From positions 1-50,501 of the forward strand of contig DATLMR010000420.1 in the NCBI GenBank assembly GCA_035537555.1: a DNA stretch of 50,501 bases, read 5' to 3'. Within the stretch, counting starts at the first letter, position 1. The number at the start of each line of letters is the position of its first letter. Below, one piece after another: positions 9,466 through 19,302 of the stretch. Position numbers and translations under genes: made by a program. The notes beneath the pieces are model-generated. The model saw nothing but the letters and a program-made list of their open reading frames with translations. It did no database searches and had not been told where the DNA came from. Source of the DNA: Blastocatellia bacterium. GTDB taxonomy: Bacteria; Acidobacteriota; Blastocatellia; UBA7656.

Positions 9466-10956
9466 CTACTGCTGGGGCGGCGCGGCCTCTTCCTGAGGCG
9501 GAGGCGGCTGGCCGGCTCCGCCGGGAACTCCCTGAAGGCCGGGCATGGCCTGAGGCTCCACGGGCTTGGGATTGATCGTAAAGTCCTCCGCGACCTCGAT
9601 GTTGCTGGCGGCGGTGATCTCTTCGATGCGCTTTTCGAGCTTCTCTTTCTTCAGCTTGTCGGTGATCGTCTGCTTTATGCGCTCCTCGGTGACCGGGGCC
9701 GTGCGCTTGTCTTCCACCTTGATGATGTGATACCCGAAATCGCTCTCGACGACTCCGCTCACCTCGCCGGGCTTGAGAGCAAAAGCCGCCTGCTCGAACT
9801 GGGGAACCATCATACCCTTGCCGAAGTACTTGCTGGAATCGGACCCGCTCTCGTCCATCGCGACCAGGCCGCCTTCCGCCTTCGAGCCGGTGTCATCGGA
9901 AAGCTGCTTGGCGAGAGCGGCGAAGTCTTCTCCCTTGCGAATCCGCTCAAGGGTCGCCTCGGCCTTCTTGCGCGCTTCATCTTTGCTCATGCCCTTCGGC
10001 GCCGGCGCGCCCTCTGGCCCGGGTCCGCCGGGAGTCGTGCTGAAGAGTATGTGGCGCGCGCGCACTTCCTCGAACTCTCCCTTGTGCTCATTATAATAGG
10101 CGTTCACATCGGCGTCGGTGACCAGGGTAGGCGAGTTCTGCTGGTCCTTCATATAAGCCTGGAACAAGGCCTGGCTCCGGCCGATGAGCATCTTGAGCTT
10201 GACGCCTTCGTCCAGGTCGAGCTTATCGGCGCGGGCGCGCTCGGAGATGACTTTGATCTGGCCGAACTCCTTCTTCATCTGCTCGAGCGCCGGTCCCTGC
10301 GCCTGCGCCTTGAACTGGGGCTCGGAGTCGAGGAGCTGGTTGAACTCGTTAGGATGGGCCTGGAGGTATGTGTTCACTTCTTCGTCGCTAACCTTCAAGC
10401 CGGGGTTCTTCTTCTCGTACGCCTCGCGGAGCGCGAGATCGCTTTGAATCGCGATCTTCGACTGAACGTCCGGCTTGGCCGCGTACCCTTCCTTCTCGGC
10501 CTGCTGTGCGACGGCGAGTATCTGCTTGAGGGTCTTCACGAGGGTCTTTTTCTGCTCGGGGTTACTGGCGAGTTGCTGCTGCTGCATGGGCGGGAGCAGC
10601 TCGCTCACGAGAAACTCCATCTTCTTGGCGTCGAATTTTACATTGCCCAGCTCGCCTCCCCGGCCCATCGGCGACATCTGTGCCCAAATCATGGTGCCAG
10701 CGAGGGCCAGGACCACGAGTATGGCGGCGATTACTTTGCCCGAGACGCCCGACTTCTTCCTGGGCGCATAGGAAGCCGCGGCTGTCGCGGGTGCGCTCGC
10801 GGCTGGAGCCTCGGGCTCGTCCGCGGCCGAGTCATCCGCTACGACCCTGGGCGAATCGTCGCCCGACAGGGGCGTGGTGTCGAGAGATTCGGGCCCTTCC
10901 GCCCCCTCCGTCTCTATCTTGTCTTTTATATCGTCGTCATTGCTTGAATTAACCAT
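9466..10956 (-). CDS. Membrane-anchored parvulin-type peptidyl-prolyl isomerase (SurA/PpiD-like chaperone)
   Basis: One TM helix (VIAAILVVLALAGTMIW), a long helical chaperone region, the PpiC domain (ARHILF ... FGYHIIKVEDKR) and a Pro/Gln-rich tail. Confidence 0.85.
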   Translation of the reverse strand: MVNSSNDDDIKDKIETEGAEGPESLDTTPLSGDDSPRVVADDSAADEPEAPAASAPATAAASYAPRKKSGVSGKVIAAILVVLALAGTMIWAQMSPMGRGGELGNVKFDAKKMEFLVSELLPPMQQQQLASNPEQKKTLVKTLKQILAVAQQAEKEGYAAKPDVQSKIAIQSDLALREAYEKKNPGLKVSDEEVNTYLQAHPNEFNQLLDSEPQFKAQAQGPALEQMKKEFGQIKVISERARADKLDLDEGVKLKMLIGRSQALFQAYMKDQQNSPTLVTDADVNAYYNEHKGEFEEVRARHILFSTTPGGPGPEGAPAPKGMSKDEARKKAEATLERIRKGEDFAALAKQLSDDTGSKAEGGLVAMDESGSDSSKYFGKGMMVPQFEQAAFALKPGEVSGVVESDFGYHIIKVEDKRTAPVTEERIKQTITDKLKKEKLEKRIEEITAASNIEVAEDFTINPKPVEPQAMPGLQGVPGGAGQPPPPQEEAAPPQQ

Positions 10957-10959
10957 TAT

Positions 10960-11391
10960 CTAATCTCCTTCCGATGTTCTCGTCCTCTCAACCAGCTCGA
11001 CGAGAACTCCGTTCGCGCTCGCCGGGTGCAGAAAGGCCACTAACTTTCCCTCAGCGCCGGGCCGCGGATAACCGTCCAGCAGACGGGCTCCGCGCGACCT
11101 GAGTTCCTCTAATTTCGATGAGAGGTCATCGACCTCATAGCAGATATGATGCAGGCCCTCTCCGCGCCTGGCTATGAAACGACCGACAGGCGTATCCGCC
11201 GCAAACGGCTCCAGGAGCTCGATTCGAGACTCTCCGACGGGAAGCAGCGCGACGCTGACTCCCTGGTCCTCGACCCGTTCGGTCCCCGATATCTCGAGGC
11301 CGAGGCCGTCCCGGTAAAAGACTAATGACTCTTCTATCGAGCGGACCGCAATTCCAAGATGATCTATCTTCATAATAGCCGTCACAGGCAA
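10960..11391 (-). CDS. mce: Methylmalonyl-CoA epimerase (VOC/glyoxalase fold)
   Basis: IDHLGIAVRSIEE and EGLHHICYEVDD. The start may instead be the Met at 11373. Confidence 0.85.
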   Translation of the reverse strand: MPVTAIMKIDHLGIAVRSIEESLVFYRDGLGLEISGTERVEDQGVSVALLPVGESRIELLEPFAADTPVGRFIARRGEGLHHICYEVDDLSSKLEELRSRGARLLDGYPRPGAEGKLVAFLHPASANGVLVELVERTRTSEGD

Positions 11392-11424
11392 CGTGAGCCG
11401 GGGAGGAAGGCCCGGCCTTTCCGT

Positions 11425-12381
11425 CTAAATACCCAGCCTCTCGATTATCTCGTCCACGATCGAATACGGGTCGCGGCTGCGCGCGGCGACGGCTCCGGCC
11501 ATCTGCCGCAACTCGTCTTTCCCGACGCTCTTGTTCAATGCGACCCTGAGGAGGCGATCACGCAACATCTCAATTATCCGATGCTCTGCCACGCTGGCGC
11601 GCCTGCTGTCCAGCTCATTCTTGTGCGAAGAGATATAGTCCGCATAACTCTGGATGGCCCCCGCCAGGCTGTCCAATCCCCGGTCTTCAAGCGCGACGGT
11701 CTTGATTATCGGCGGGGTCCAGCCGTCGGGCCTATCGGAGATGGAAAGAAGCGTTTCGAGCTCTCTTTCCGTTCTCAGCACGCCTTCCCGGTCGGCCTTG
11801 TTGATGGCAAAGACATCTCCGATCTCCATAATCCCCGCTTTGATCGCCTGGATATCGTCGCCCATTCCGGGCACAAGGACGACCACCGTTACGTCAGCCG
11901 TCTTCACGATGTCTACTTCATCCTGTCCCACGCCAACCGTCTCAACAATGACCTTATTATACCCGCCCGCATCGAGTATCGCCACCGCATCGACGGTCGC
12001 CCGCGCAAGCCCTCCGAGGTTCCCCCGCGCCGCCATGCTGCGAATGAAGATGCCCGGGTCCATCGACATGCTCTGCATGCGAATGCGGTCCCCGAGGATC
12101 GCTCCGCCGGTGAAAGGGCTGGAAGGATCGACGGCGATGATGCCCACGCGCTCGCCCTGCGAGCGGTAGAAGGCGGCCAGCCTGTCGACGAGCGTGCTCT
12201 TGCCCGCTCCGGGCGCGCCGGTGATTCCGATGACCAGAGCCTTGCCGGTTTTAGGGAAAATCTCCTTGAGCAGGGCCGCGCCTTCCGGGCGCGCGTCCTC
12301 CACGGCCGTTATGGCGCGGGCGATCGAGAGCTTGTCGCCTTTGAGAATCTTCTCTGCTGCGGACGATTTTTGCGAACTCAT
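11425..12381 (-). CDS. meaB: Methylmalonyl-CoA mutase-associated G3E GTPase MeaB/ArgK
   Basis: P-loop GITGAPGAGKSTLVD, then VGVGQDE and NKAD G-motifs. Confidence 0.9.
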   Translation of the reverse strand: MSSQKSSAAEKILKGDKLSIARAITAVEDARPEGAALLKEIFPKTGKALVIGITGAPGAGKSTLVDRLAAFYRSQGERVGIIAVDPSSPFTGGAILGDRIRMQSMSMDPGIFIRSMAARGNLGGLARATVDAVAILDAGGYNKVIVETVGVGQDEVDIVKTADVTVVVLVPGMGDDIQAIKAGIMEIGDVFAINKADREGVLRTERELETLLSISDRPDGWTPPIIKTVALEDRGLDSLAGAIQSYADYISSHKNELDSRRASVAEHRIIEMLRDRLLRVALNKSVGKDELRQMAGAVAARSRDPYSIVDEIIERLGI

Positions 12382-12478
12382 AGAAGTGCCGGAACGATCG
12401 GACGTGCGCGAAAGACGTGCCCTCGGCCGTTTGACGACGGGCGAGGGCCGGTTTCACGCAGCCTCTGTTGAGCTTTCG

Positions 12479-13621
12479 CTATGACCTTAGCAACTGGCGC
12501 GCGATCACGGTTCGCTGCACCTCGCTCGTGCCCTCCCCGATGGTGCAAAGCTTCGAGTCGCGCCAGAACTTCTCCGCCGGGTAGTCTTTGATGTACCCGT
12601 ACCCGCCGTGGACCTGCACCGACTCTTCGGCCACGCGCACGGCGATCTCGCTGGCGAACAGCTTCGCTATGGAGGATTCCCGGGTTACGACCTTGCCCTG
12701 ATTCTTCAGCACGGCGGCCCGGTAGGTCAGAAGGCGAGCGGCGTCGATCTGCGTGGCCATGTCCGCGAGCTTGAACTGGATGGCCTGAAATTCCGCGATG
12801 GGCTTTCCGAACTGGTGGCGCTCCTTCGCGTAACGCAAGGCCGCCTCGTAGGCGCCCTGCGCTATTCCGACCGAGAGCGCCGCTATCGAGATGCGCCCTC
12901 CGTCGAGCACGTTCATCGCCTGGATGAATCCCTGCCCCGGCTCGCCCAGCAGGTTCGAGTCGGGCACGAAACAGTCGTCGAATACGAGCGCGGCCGTATC
13001 GCTGGCCCTCATGCCGACCTTGTTCTCTTTCTTCGCTATCGAAAACCCGGGCGTGTCTTTCTCTACGACGAAGGCGGAAATGCCGTGGGACCCGGCCGTT
13101 CGGTTCGAGATGGCGAGAGCTACCGTGGTACCCGCGAATTTCGCGTTCGTGATGAAGTTCTTCGAGCCGTTCAGCACCCACCCGCCGTTTCTGCGCGCGG
13201 CCGTGGTCCGCATCGAGCTCGCGTCCGAGCCCGAGCTTGGCTCTGTCAGGCCCCAGGCCCCGAAGTACTCTCCGCGCGCCAGGGGCGTCAGGTACTTTCT
13301 CTTCTGCTCCTCGCTGCCCGCAAGGAAGATATGATTCCCTCCAAGCGAGTTGTGAGCCGCTATAGCGAGGGCTATCGAAGGATCGACGCGGGCCAGCTCT
13401 TCTATGATGACGGAGTATTCGATGTATCCCATCCCGGCTCCGCCGTACTCTTCGGGAAATATGATGCCCATTATTCCGAGGTCCGCGAACTTCGGCAGCA
13501 GCTCCAGGGGGAAGCGCTGCGCTTCGTCCCACTCCATGACGTGCGGCCGTAGCTCGGCTTCGGCAAATTCCCTTATAGATTGCTTCGTCTGCTGTTGTTC
13601 TTCATTCAATTCGAAATCCAT
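12479..13621 (-). CDS. Acyl-CoA dehydrogenase
   Basis: [14 protein letters not shown] and the C-terminal [10 protein letters not shown]; 380 aa. Substrate class not assignable. Confidence 0.9.
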   Translation of the reverse strand: MDFELNEEQQQTKQSIREFAEAELRPHVMEWDEAQRFPLELLPKFADLGIMGIIFPEEYGGAGMGYIEYSVIIEELARVDPSIALAIAAHNSLGGNHIFLAGSEEQKRKYLTPLARGEYFGAWGLTEPSSGSDASSMRTTAARRNGGWVLNGSKNFITNAKFAGTTVALAISNRTAGSHGISAFVVEKDTPGFSIAKKENKVGMRASDTAALVFDDCFVPDSNLLGEPGQGFIQAMNVLDGGRISIAALSVGIAQGAYEAALRYAKERHQFGKPIAEFQAIQFKLADMATQIDAARLLTYRAAVLKNQGKVVTRESSIAKLFASEIAVRVAEESVQVHGGYGYIKDYPAEKFWRDSKLCTIGEGTSEVQRTVIARQLLRS

Positions 13622-13786
13622 TGCTCCTCCAGGTACTCGGCTGCCCTAATCTCCTGACAAATAGGTGAGCCCTCGCGGGCCGATAAGAACTTTCTATTCT
13701 ACACGGCGGGCCGGAAAAAATCATGCCTTAGTCTGCTCGAGCTTTCGGGGGCGTCAGGTTTATAGGAGCGCCGCATGACAAGATTT

Positions 13787-13845
13787 CGAGCCCCGAGGGG
13801 CGGTATGTGAAGAAGGCCTGTCTCCACACCGCCCCTCGGGGCTCG
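13787..13845 (-). terminator. 18-bp perfect hairpin downstream of rluB (putative terminator)
   Basis: cgagccccgaggggcggt ... accgcccctcggggctcg, 33 nt downstream of the rluB stop. The U-tract is better on the plus strand (atattttat) than on the minus strand, so the assignment is uncertain. Confidence 0.45.
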
Positions 13846-13877
13846 ATATTTTATAAACGTCACTATCCCGCGGGAGC

Positions 13878-14813
13878 TCAGCGGCGCTTCGTCTGTTGCC
13901 TGGAAGACTCTTTCTGGTTGAATTGTCTCTTTAGGGAGAGGTCCGGGGCGGCGCGTTTTTTTGCGGCTTTGGCCGCCGGCCGGGGCTTCGCGTCGATAGC
14001 GCGCGCGCCCTTCTTCGACGCGCCCCTTGAGGCGCTGCTCTTCGCGCTCTTCGCGCCCTTCGTCTTCGCACCTGAGGGGGTCGAAGCTTCCTGAAGGAGG
14101 CGGGCTACCTCGCTCTTGCCGAGCTCGCGATACTGCCCGGTTTCGAGGCCGCGGTCGGTCAGGTGGCCGATGCTCACGCGTTTGAGCTTCGTGACCGAAT
14201 GGCCCGTGAGATCGAACATCTTTCTTATCTGCTGGTTCTTGCCCTCGCGTAGCGTCACCTCGAACCAGCTGTTGCCGCCCTCTTTCGTGCGCTCGATCAG
14301 AGTGATCTCGGCCGGAGCGGTGCGCGAGCCATTAAGGGAGACCCCCTTTCGCAGTCGCTCGACCTGCTCTTCCGAAGGGGCCCCTTTCACTTTCACGTGG
14401 TAAACCTTGGGGACTCGCCCTCCCTGCGTGATGGCTCGCGTCAGCTCTCCGTCGTCCGTGAGGATGATAAGCCCCTCAGTGTTGTAATCGAGCCTGCCTA
14501 CGGGGTGGATTCCTCGCCTCGCGGAAGGCGGGAGGAGGTGCGCGACGAGCGGTCGCTGTTTCGGGTCCTTGACGGTCGAGATGTAGCCGCGCGGCTTGTT
14601 GATCAGGTAGTAGCGCTTCTCGCGCGGGCCGGTTTGCGGGTTGATCAGCTTTCCCCGGACCTTGATGTGGTCGCGCTCGGGGTCGGCCTTGCTTCCAAGC
14701 TCCGTTACGCGCTGCCCGTTCACGGTGACCTCGCCGTTGAGGATCATCTCTTCGGCGCCGCGCCGCGACGCGAGGCCGGTGCCGGCGATTATCTTTTGAA
14801 TACGTTCTTGCAT
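13878..14813 (-). CDS. rluB: 23S rRNA pseudouridine synthase, RluB/RsuA family, with Lys/Ala-rich C-terminal tail
   Basis: S4 domain (RIQKIIAGTGLASRRGAEEMILNGEVTVNG) and catalytic HPVGRLDYNTEGL. The last ~70 aa are K/A/S-rich. Confidence 0.9.
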   Translation of the reverse strand: MQERIQKIIAGTGLASRRGAEEMILNGEVTVNGQRVTELGSKADPERDHIKVRGKLINPQTGPREKRYYLINKPRGYISTVKDPKQRPLVAHLLPPSARRGIHPVGRLDYNTEGLIILTDDGELTRAITQGGRVPKVYHVKVKGAPSEEQVERLRKGVSLNGSRTAPAEITLIERTKEGGNSWFEVTLREGKNQQIRKMFDLTGHSVTKLKRVSIGHLTDRGLETGQYRELGKSEVARLLQEASTPSGAKTKGAKSAKSSASRGASKKGARAIDAKPRPAAKAAKKRAAPDLSLKRQFNQKESSRQQTKRR

Positions 14814-14884
14814 AAGGTTTCGCAGAGTCTGGGAAGGCGATCGATAAGTATACCCGGCACGCGGCAGGTTGTCACTGCTGCGCC

Positions 14885-15886
14885 CTAGCGGCGGCGCTGA
14901 TCGAAGCAGACGGCGCTTCCGGGCTGCGATTTCGCCCGGTGCTTGACCGAGGCGAACGTATTGCTTATCTCGAGAGGATGATTGAATAGCCTGTGCGTGT
15001 TGGTTACGACCGCGATTGAGAGCGACATTAGAGGATAACGCTCGATCCCGCCCCTGCGGCTCTCCGCCGAGATGTAGCCGCGCGCGAAATCCTCCTGGGT
15101 ATAGAACTGTCGAATATGACGGTCGAAATGATCCGCCATGGCTTCGAGCACCTCTTCGACCTCGCGGGGGGCTTTCAGGTCCGTGCGGGGCGCGTCCTTG
15201 AAGAATCCCGCCAGGAAATCGTCCCCGCCTATATTGCCGACGAATATATCGTGCTCGCTTCGACAGGCCGCGGACGTGATGAATTCGGCGGTCGCCTTCA
15301 ATACTTCGTCGCCCTGAAGAAATCCGTAGCAGTCGTTGTAGGCTTTGAAATTATCGATGTCGATATAGGCCGCGGCCCAGAAACGCTCGTCCTCCTGGAC
15401 GCATCTTTGAAGGAACCGCTCGACCTGCCGGTTCCCGGGCAGCCCCGTCAGGGGGTTGATGCTCTGGAGGGCCGACCTCCGCAACAGCGCATTGATGTGA
15501 GCTATCAGCTTGTCGAACGAGAAGGGCTTCGGTATGTAGTCGTCCGCCCCTGCCGCGAGCAGGTCCACTTCGTTGTGCTCCTCCGTCATGGCCGTGAGCA
15601 TGATGATCGGGATGCGAGCGGTCGACGGGGCCGCCCGCATTCGCGAGAGCACCGTCCACCCGTCGAGCCCGGGCAGCATCACGTCGAGCAGGACGAGGTC
15701 GTAATGCTTTCCGTTCGTCAATTTGTAGAGGCCCTCGCCGCCGTCGACCGCGACGTCCACCTTATAGCCTACGCTCTCAAGCAAGGTCAGTAAGGCCTCG
15801 CCCATGACCTTGTCGTCGTCGATTATCAGTATATTCGCGTAGGACGAGATCACGCGCGAAACTTCAGTTGGAGAAAGGACGCCCAT
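14885..15886 (-). CDS. Response regulator with receiver + GGDEF-family domain (variant GGDDF motif)
   Basis: REC domain (IIDDD, LLDVMLPGLDG, IPKPF) then a GGDEF fold (YIDIDNFKAYND ... GNIGGDDF at nt 15215-15229). Confidence 0.85.
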   Translation of the reverse strand: MGVLSPTEVSRVISSYANILIIDDDKVMGEALLTLLESVGYKVDVAVDGGEGLYKLTNGKHYDLVLLDVMLPGLDGWTVLSRMRAAPSTARIPIIMLTAMTEEHNEVDLLAAGADDYIPKPFSFDKLIAHINALLRRSALQSINPLTGLPGNRQVERFLQRCVQEDERFWAAAYIDIDNFKAYNDCYGFLQGDEVLKATAEFITSAACRSEHDIFVGNIGGDDFLAGFFKDAPRTDLKAPREVEEVLEAMADHFDRHIRQFYTQEDFARGYISAESRRGGIERYPLMSLSIAVVTNTHRLFNHPLEISNTFASVKHRAKSQPGSAVCFDQRRR

Positions 15887-16017
15887 ACCATATTCCTATC
15901 TGGGGGGAACAGGATTTCAATTATACGGTTGCCGACTCGTCTCCCTTTTCGATTGCTGGACAGTTTAAAAACCGCAGAGAGATACTCTTTATTTTTTTCG
16001 GATCTCGCACGCAACCA

Positions 16018-16551
16018 TTAGCTGCTCATCAAGTCTTCGAAGTCTTCGAGATTCGGAAGCTCCGAAAGATCGTTCAAGCCGAAATGGATCAGGAACTCTT
16101 TCGAAGTCCCGTACATCATCGGGCGGCCGACGACCTGCTTATGGCCCTTGGCGACGATGAGCCGCCGGTCGAGGAGAGTCTTTATAGCCGACGTCGACGT
16201 GACCCCGCGAATCTCCAGGATCTCCGGTATCGTGATCGGCTGCTTATAAGCGATGACCGCAAGCGTTTCGAGCGCGGCGAGCGAGAGCCGCGCCGACGGC
16301 TGCGCTTTCAGATAGCGGCGCACGTACTCGCTGAACTCGACCCGCGTCGCCAACCGGTAGCCGCCGGCCACCTGGCGCAATTCGAGCCCCGAGCCCCGCT
16401 CGTTGAACTCTCTTCCGAGCTCTTCGCATGCCGCCTCGATATCTTCGGCGGATTCGCCTTCGAGAATTGCGACCAGCTGCCTGATGCTCATCGGCTCTTC
16501 CGAGACGAAGATCAATGATTCAATAATCGGTTTAAGTTCCTCTATCATCAT
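16018..16551 (-). CDS. scpB: Segregation and condensation protein B
   Basis: IIESLIFVSEEPMS start and tandem winged-helix pattern, immediately downstream of scpA. Confidence 0.9.
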   Translation of the reverse strand: MMIEELKPIIESLIFVSEEPMSIRQLVAILEGESAEDIEAACEELGREFNERGSGLELRQVAGGYRLATRVEFSEYVRRYLKAQPSARLSLAALETLAVIAYKQPITIPEILEIRGVTSTSAIKTLLDRRLIVAKGHKQVVGRPMMYGTSKEFLIHFGLNDLSELPNLEDFEDLMSS

Positions 16552-16611
16552 GATTGAGTCGAAAATAAGCTACCATGAGCGCCCGGGAAAGAGAACAGTC
16601 TTTATGCCCGC

Positions 16612-17523
16612 TCAATTGATCGCCGCCCCGCCTTCGGAATCCGGCCCCGCTCCCCCGGCTCCCGCCTCTTCTTCCCGCTTCGTGATTAATATCTCGCCGA
16701 ACGTGTCGGCCTGCTTCAATCTGATGGCGAGCTCCTTGACCAGTTCCAGGACGGCGAGAAAGATCAGCACCAGCTCCCTTCGCGACCGCGCGCGCTCGAA
16801 CATCTCCCGCGCCGACACCGTGCCCCCGCCCGAGACGAGCCGCTTTATCTCCGTGATCTTCTCGGCCATCGTCAGCTCCTCGCGGGCGATCTCGATCTCG
16901 GTAATGGCGCGCTTGCGGCTGAGCACCTCCTGAAAGACCTCGAACAACTGGAAGATCGTGGAAGAGACTTCAGGATTCTCTTTGTCCGTCTCCAGCTCCC
17001 CGCGAGTGAAGGTGGCCGATTCGATAGTCGCGCGCTGGTGCAGGGCGTTGGCCGCGGCCTTGAACTTCTGATGTTCGAGCAGCTGGTTGACCAGCTCTGC
17101 CCGGGGGTCTTCAACCTGGTCCTCGGGAATGGCGGGATCGCGCGGCAGCAGCATCTGCGACTTGATCTGGATGAGCGTGGCCGCCATCAGGAGGAACTCG
17201 CCCGCGACCCCTATGTCCAGCTCCTGCATGGCGCGGAGATAATCGAGGTACTGTTGTGTCACGCGCGCGATGGGGATGTCGTAGATCGACACCTCTTCTT
17301 TGCGGATCAGGAAGAGCAGCAGGTCGAGCGGCCCTTCGAAGACCGCGAGCTTGACCTTGTACTGGTCGGCCGACTCGGCCGCGGCCGAGGAAGCCTCGAG
17401 AGCGGTCTGCGCCCCCGGCGTCCGGGCCGCCCCGCTGGGTGAAAAGCCCGTCTCATCTTTTTCTTTCGTCTTTTCCATCTGTCGAGCCATCTCCGAGACC
17501 CGGAACGCCAAATCCCGGCTCAA
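16612..17523 (-). CDS. scpA: Segregation and condensation protein A (kleisin)
   Basis: FEGPLDLLLFLIRKEEVSIYDIPIA hallmark, with a ~50-aa N-terminal extension. The start is uncertain. Confidence 0.85.
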   Translation of the reverse strand: MSRDLAFRVSEMARQMEKTKEKDETGFSPSGAARTPGAQTALEASSAAAESADQYKVKLAVFEGPLDLLLFLIRKEEVSIYDIPIARVTQQYLDYLRAMQELDIGVAGEFLLMAATLIQIKSQMLLPRDPAIPEDQVEDPRAELVNQLLEHQKFKAAANALHQRATIESATFTRGELETDKENPEVSSTIFQLFEVFQEVLSRKRAITEIEIAREELTMAEKITEIKRLVSGGGTVSAREMFERARSRRELVLIFLAVLELVKELAIRLKQADTFGEILITKREEEAGAGGAGPDSEGGAAIN

Positions 17524-17547
17524 AATTCCTGCCTTAAATTCCTGCCC

Positions 17548-18561
17548 TTATGACCAGTCCATCTTGGTCGCCCGGCGGACTTCCGACATGGTCTTGCCCG
17601 CCTCCAGGCGCGCGCGAAGCGAGCCCTCTTTCAGGATGGCCGTCACCTGTTCGGGGTGAGCGCGCAATTCGACGCTCCGGCCGGCGATCGCGCCGTAGTG
17701 ATCGATGATCGAATCGGCGAGCGCGCGCTTGCGATCCACGCAGCCGATGCGCGCATTTCGACAATCGTCGTCGAAGTGGTCGGCCACTTCCGGCGGAACG
17801 AAGAACCTGTGAGCCTTGCAGACCTCGCACTCCTCGGGGTGGCCCGGGTCCGACCGCTTGATGCGCGTGCGGTCGGTGATCATCATGCGGACTTTCTCGC
17901 GCACGACCTCGGGAGGGTCCACGAGATAGATGGCGTTGTTGTAGCTCTTGGACATCTTGCGCCCGTCGGTGCCGGGCAGCACCAGAACTTCCGTGTGCAG
18001 CTCCTTCGGCTCGGGGAAGACATCCCCATAAAAATTGTTGAACCGCCGAACGATCTCGCGAGTAAGCTCGACGTGAGAGGCCTGGTCCTTTCCCACGGGG
18101 ACGTAGTCGGCTTTGTACATGATGATGTCGGCCGCCTGGAGCACGGGGTATCCGAGGAAGGCGTAGTTGCCGATGTCCTTCTCGACGATGTTCTCTCGCT
18201 GCTCTTTGTAGGTCGGGACGCGTTCCAGCCAGCCCAGGGGCGTGACCGCCGATAACACGACGTGCAATTCGGAGTGCTCGGGAACCAGCGACTGAAGGAA
18301 TATGGTCGAGCGCTCGGGATCGATCCCCGAGGCCACCCAGTCGCTCACCATGTCGAGCGAGTTCTGCTTTATGTGGCTCGGGTCCGCGTAGTCGCTCGTG
18401 AGCGCGTGCAGGTCGGCGACAAAGAAGTAGCAGTCGTGTTCGCCCGAATTCTGAAGCCTCACCCAGTTCTTGAGCGCCCCCTCGTAATTGCCGAGATGCA
18501 TGTTGCCCGTCGGGCGCATCCCGCTCACGATCCTGGTCTTCTTGCCTGAAACGTTGGACAA
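17548..18561 (-). CDS. trpS: Tryptophan--tRNA ligase
   Basis: TGNMHLGNY (HIGH-type) and KMSKS motifs; 337 aa. Confidence 0.95.
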   Translation of the reverse strand: MSNVSGKKTRIVSGMRPTGNMHLGNYEGALKNWVRLQNSGEHDCYFFVADLHALTSDYADPSHIKQNSLDMVSDWVASGIDPERSTIFLQSLVPEHSELHVVLSAVTPLGWLERVPTYKEQRENIVEKDIGNYAFLGYPVLQAADIIMYKADYVPVGKDQASHVELTREIVRRFNNFYGDVFPEPKELHTEVLVLPGTDGRKMSKSYNNAIYLVDPPEVVREKVRMMITDRTRIKRSDPGHPEECEVCKAHRFFVPPEVADHFDDDCRNARIGCVDRKRALADSIIDHYGAIAGRSVELRAHPEQVTAILKEGSLRARLEAGKTMSEVRRATKMDWS

Positions 18562-18597
18562 CTCTCTCTCCTCTTCGCGCCGCTTACGCCGATTTCT

Positions 18598-19302
18598 TTA
18601 CGTGTACAGCAGGTAGACGGCGTAGTTCCAGATCGGATTCAGGATCATTCCGAATATGCCGGTGAACATCAACCCGATCAGCAGGATGAACCCGTACGGC
18701 TCTATCTGTTCGTATGCCTTCGCCATCTCGTACGGCAGCAGGCTCTCTAGCACGTGGCTCCCGTCGAGCGGCGGAATCGGAATGAGATTGAAGACTCCGA
18801 GCGTGATATTGAGCAGCAGCAGAATGCTCAGTAATCTCGACAGGGGCTCGAGGACCGTCGCATTCGCGGCCACGGGCGTCACGAGGCTGAAGTAGCTCGG
18901 GTACATCGACGGGACTACGAGGCCCGCCGTGAGCATGCTCTTCAAGGCCACGAAAGCGATCGTGGCGAGGACGAAGTTGCTCAGCGGCCCGGCCGCAGAG
19001 ACCATGATGTTCGCCTTGGTCTTGTCCCGCCACAGGAGCGGATTTGTCATCACGGGCTTCGCCCATCCGAACATCGCAAACCCGGAGCCGCTCATCAGGC
19101 TCAGCATTCCGATGAGGGGGAAAACGATGGTTCCCAGAGGGTGTATGTGAGGAAGGGGATTCAGCGTTATCCGGCCCATATGGCGGCCCGTGTCGTCTCC
19201 GAAACGCTCGGATGTCCACGCGTGAGCCGCTTCATGCAGCGAAAGCGAGAATAGAAAGACCACGAACCAGATAGCCAGATCGCCTATGTTTATATTACCC
19301 AA
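18598..19302 (-). CDS. Site-2 protease family (M50) membrane metalloprotease
   Basis: HEAAHAW (HExxH) within TM1, multiple TM helices and a later LDG motif. Confidence 0.85.
   Translation of the reverse strand: MGNINIGDLAIWFVVFLFSLSLHEAAHAWTSERFGDDTGRHMGRITLNPLPHIHPLGTIVFPLIGMLSLMSGSGFAMFGWAKPVMTNPLLWRDKTKANIMVSAAGPLSNFVLATIAFVALKSMLTAGLVVPSMYPSYFSLVTPVAANATVLEPLSRLLSILLLLNITLGVFNLIPIPPLDGSHVLESLLPYEMAKAYEQIEPYGFILLIGLMFTGIFGMILNPIWNYAVYLLYT

Noticed and set aside
8616-9575. 319-aa plus-strand ORF
   Set aside because: It is antisense to the MBL hydrolase, which has the HxHxDH motif. It has no motifs and typical high-GC shadow-frame composition.
9727-10947. 406-aa plus-strand ORF
   Set aside because: It is antisense to the parvulin PPIase/chaperone gene, Leu/Arg/Gly-rich, and shows no domain signature.
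11359-12471. 370-aa plus-strand ORF
   Set aside because: It is antisense to meaB, which has a clear P-loop and G-motifs. It is a shadow frame.
12378-13532. 384-aa minus-strand ORF overlapping the acyl-CoA dehydrogenase in another frame
   Set aside because: Its composition is Arg/Gly/Pro-rich, while the alternative frame carries unmistakable ACAD motifs.
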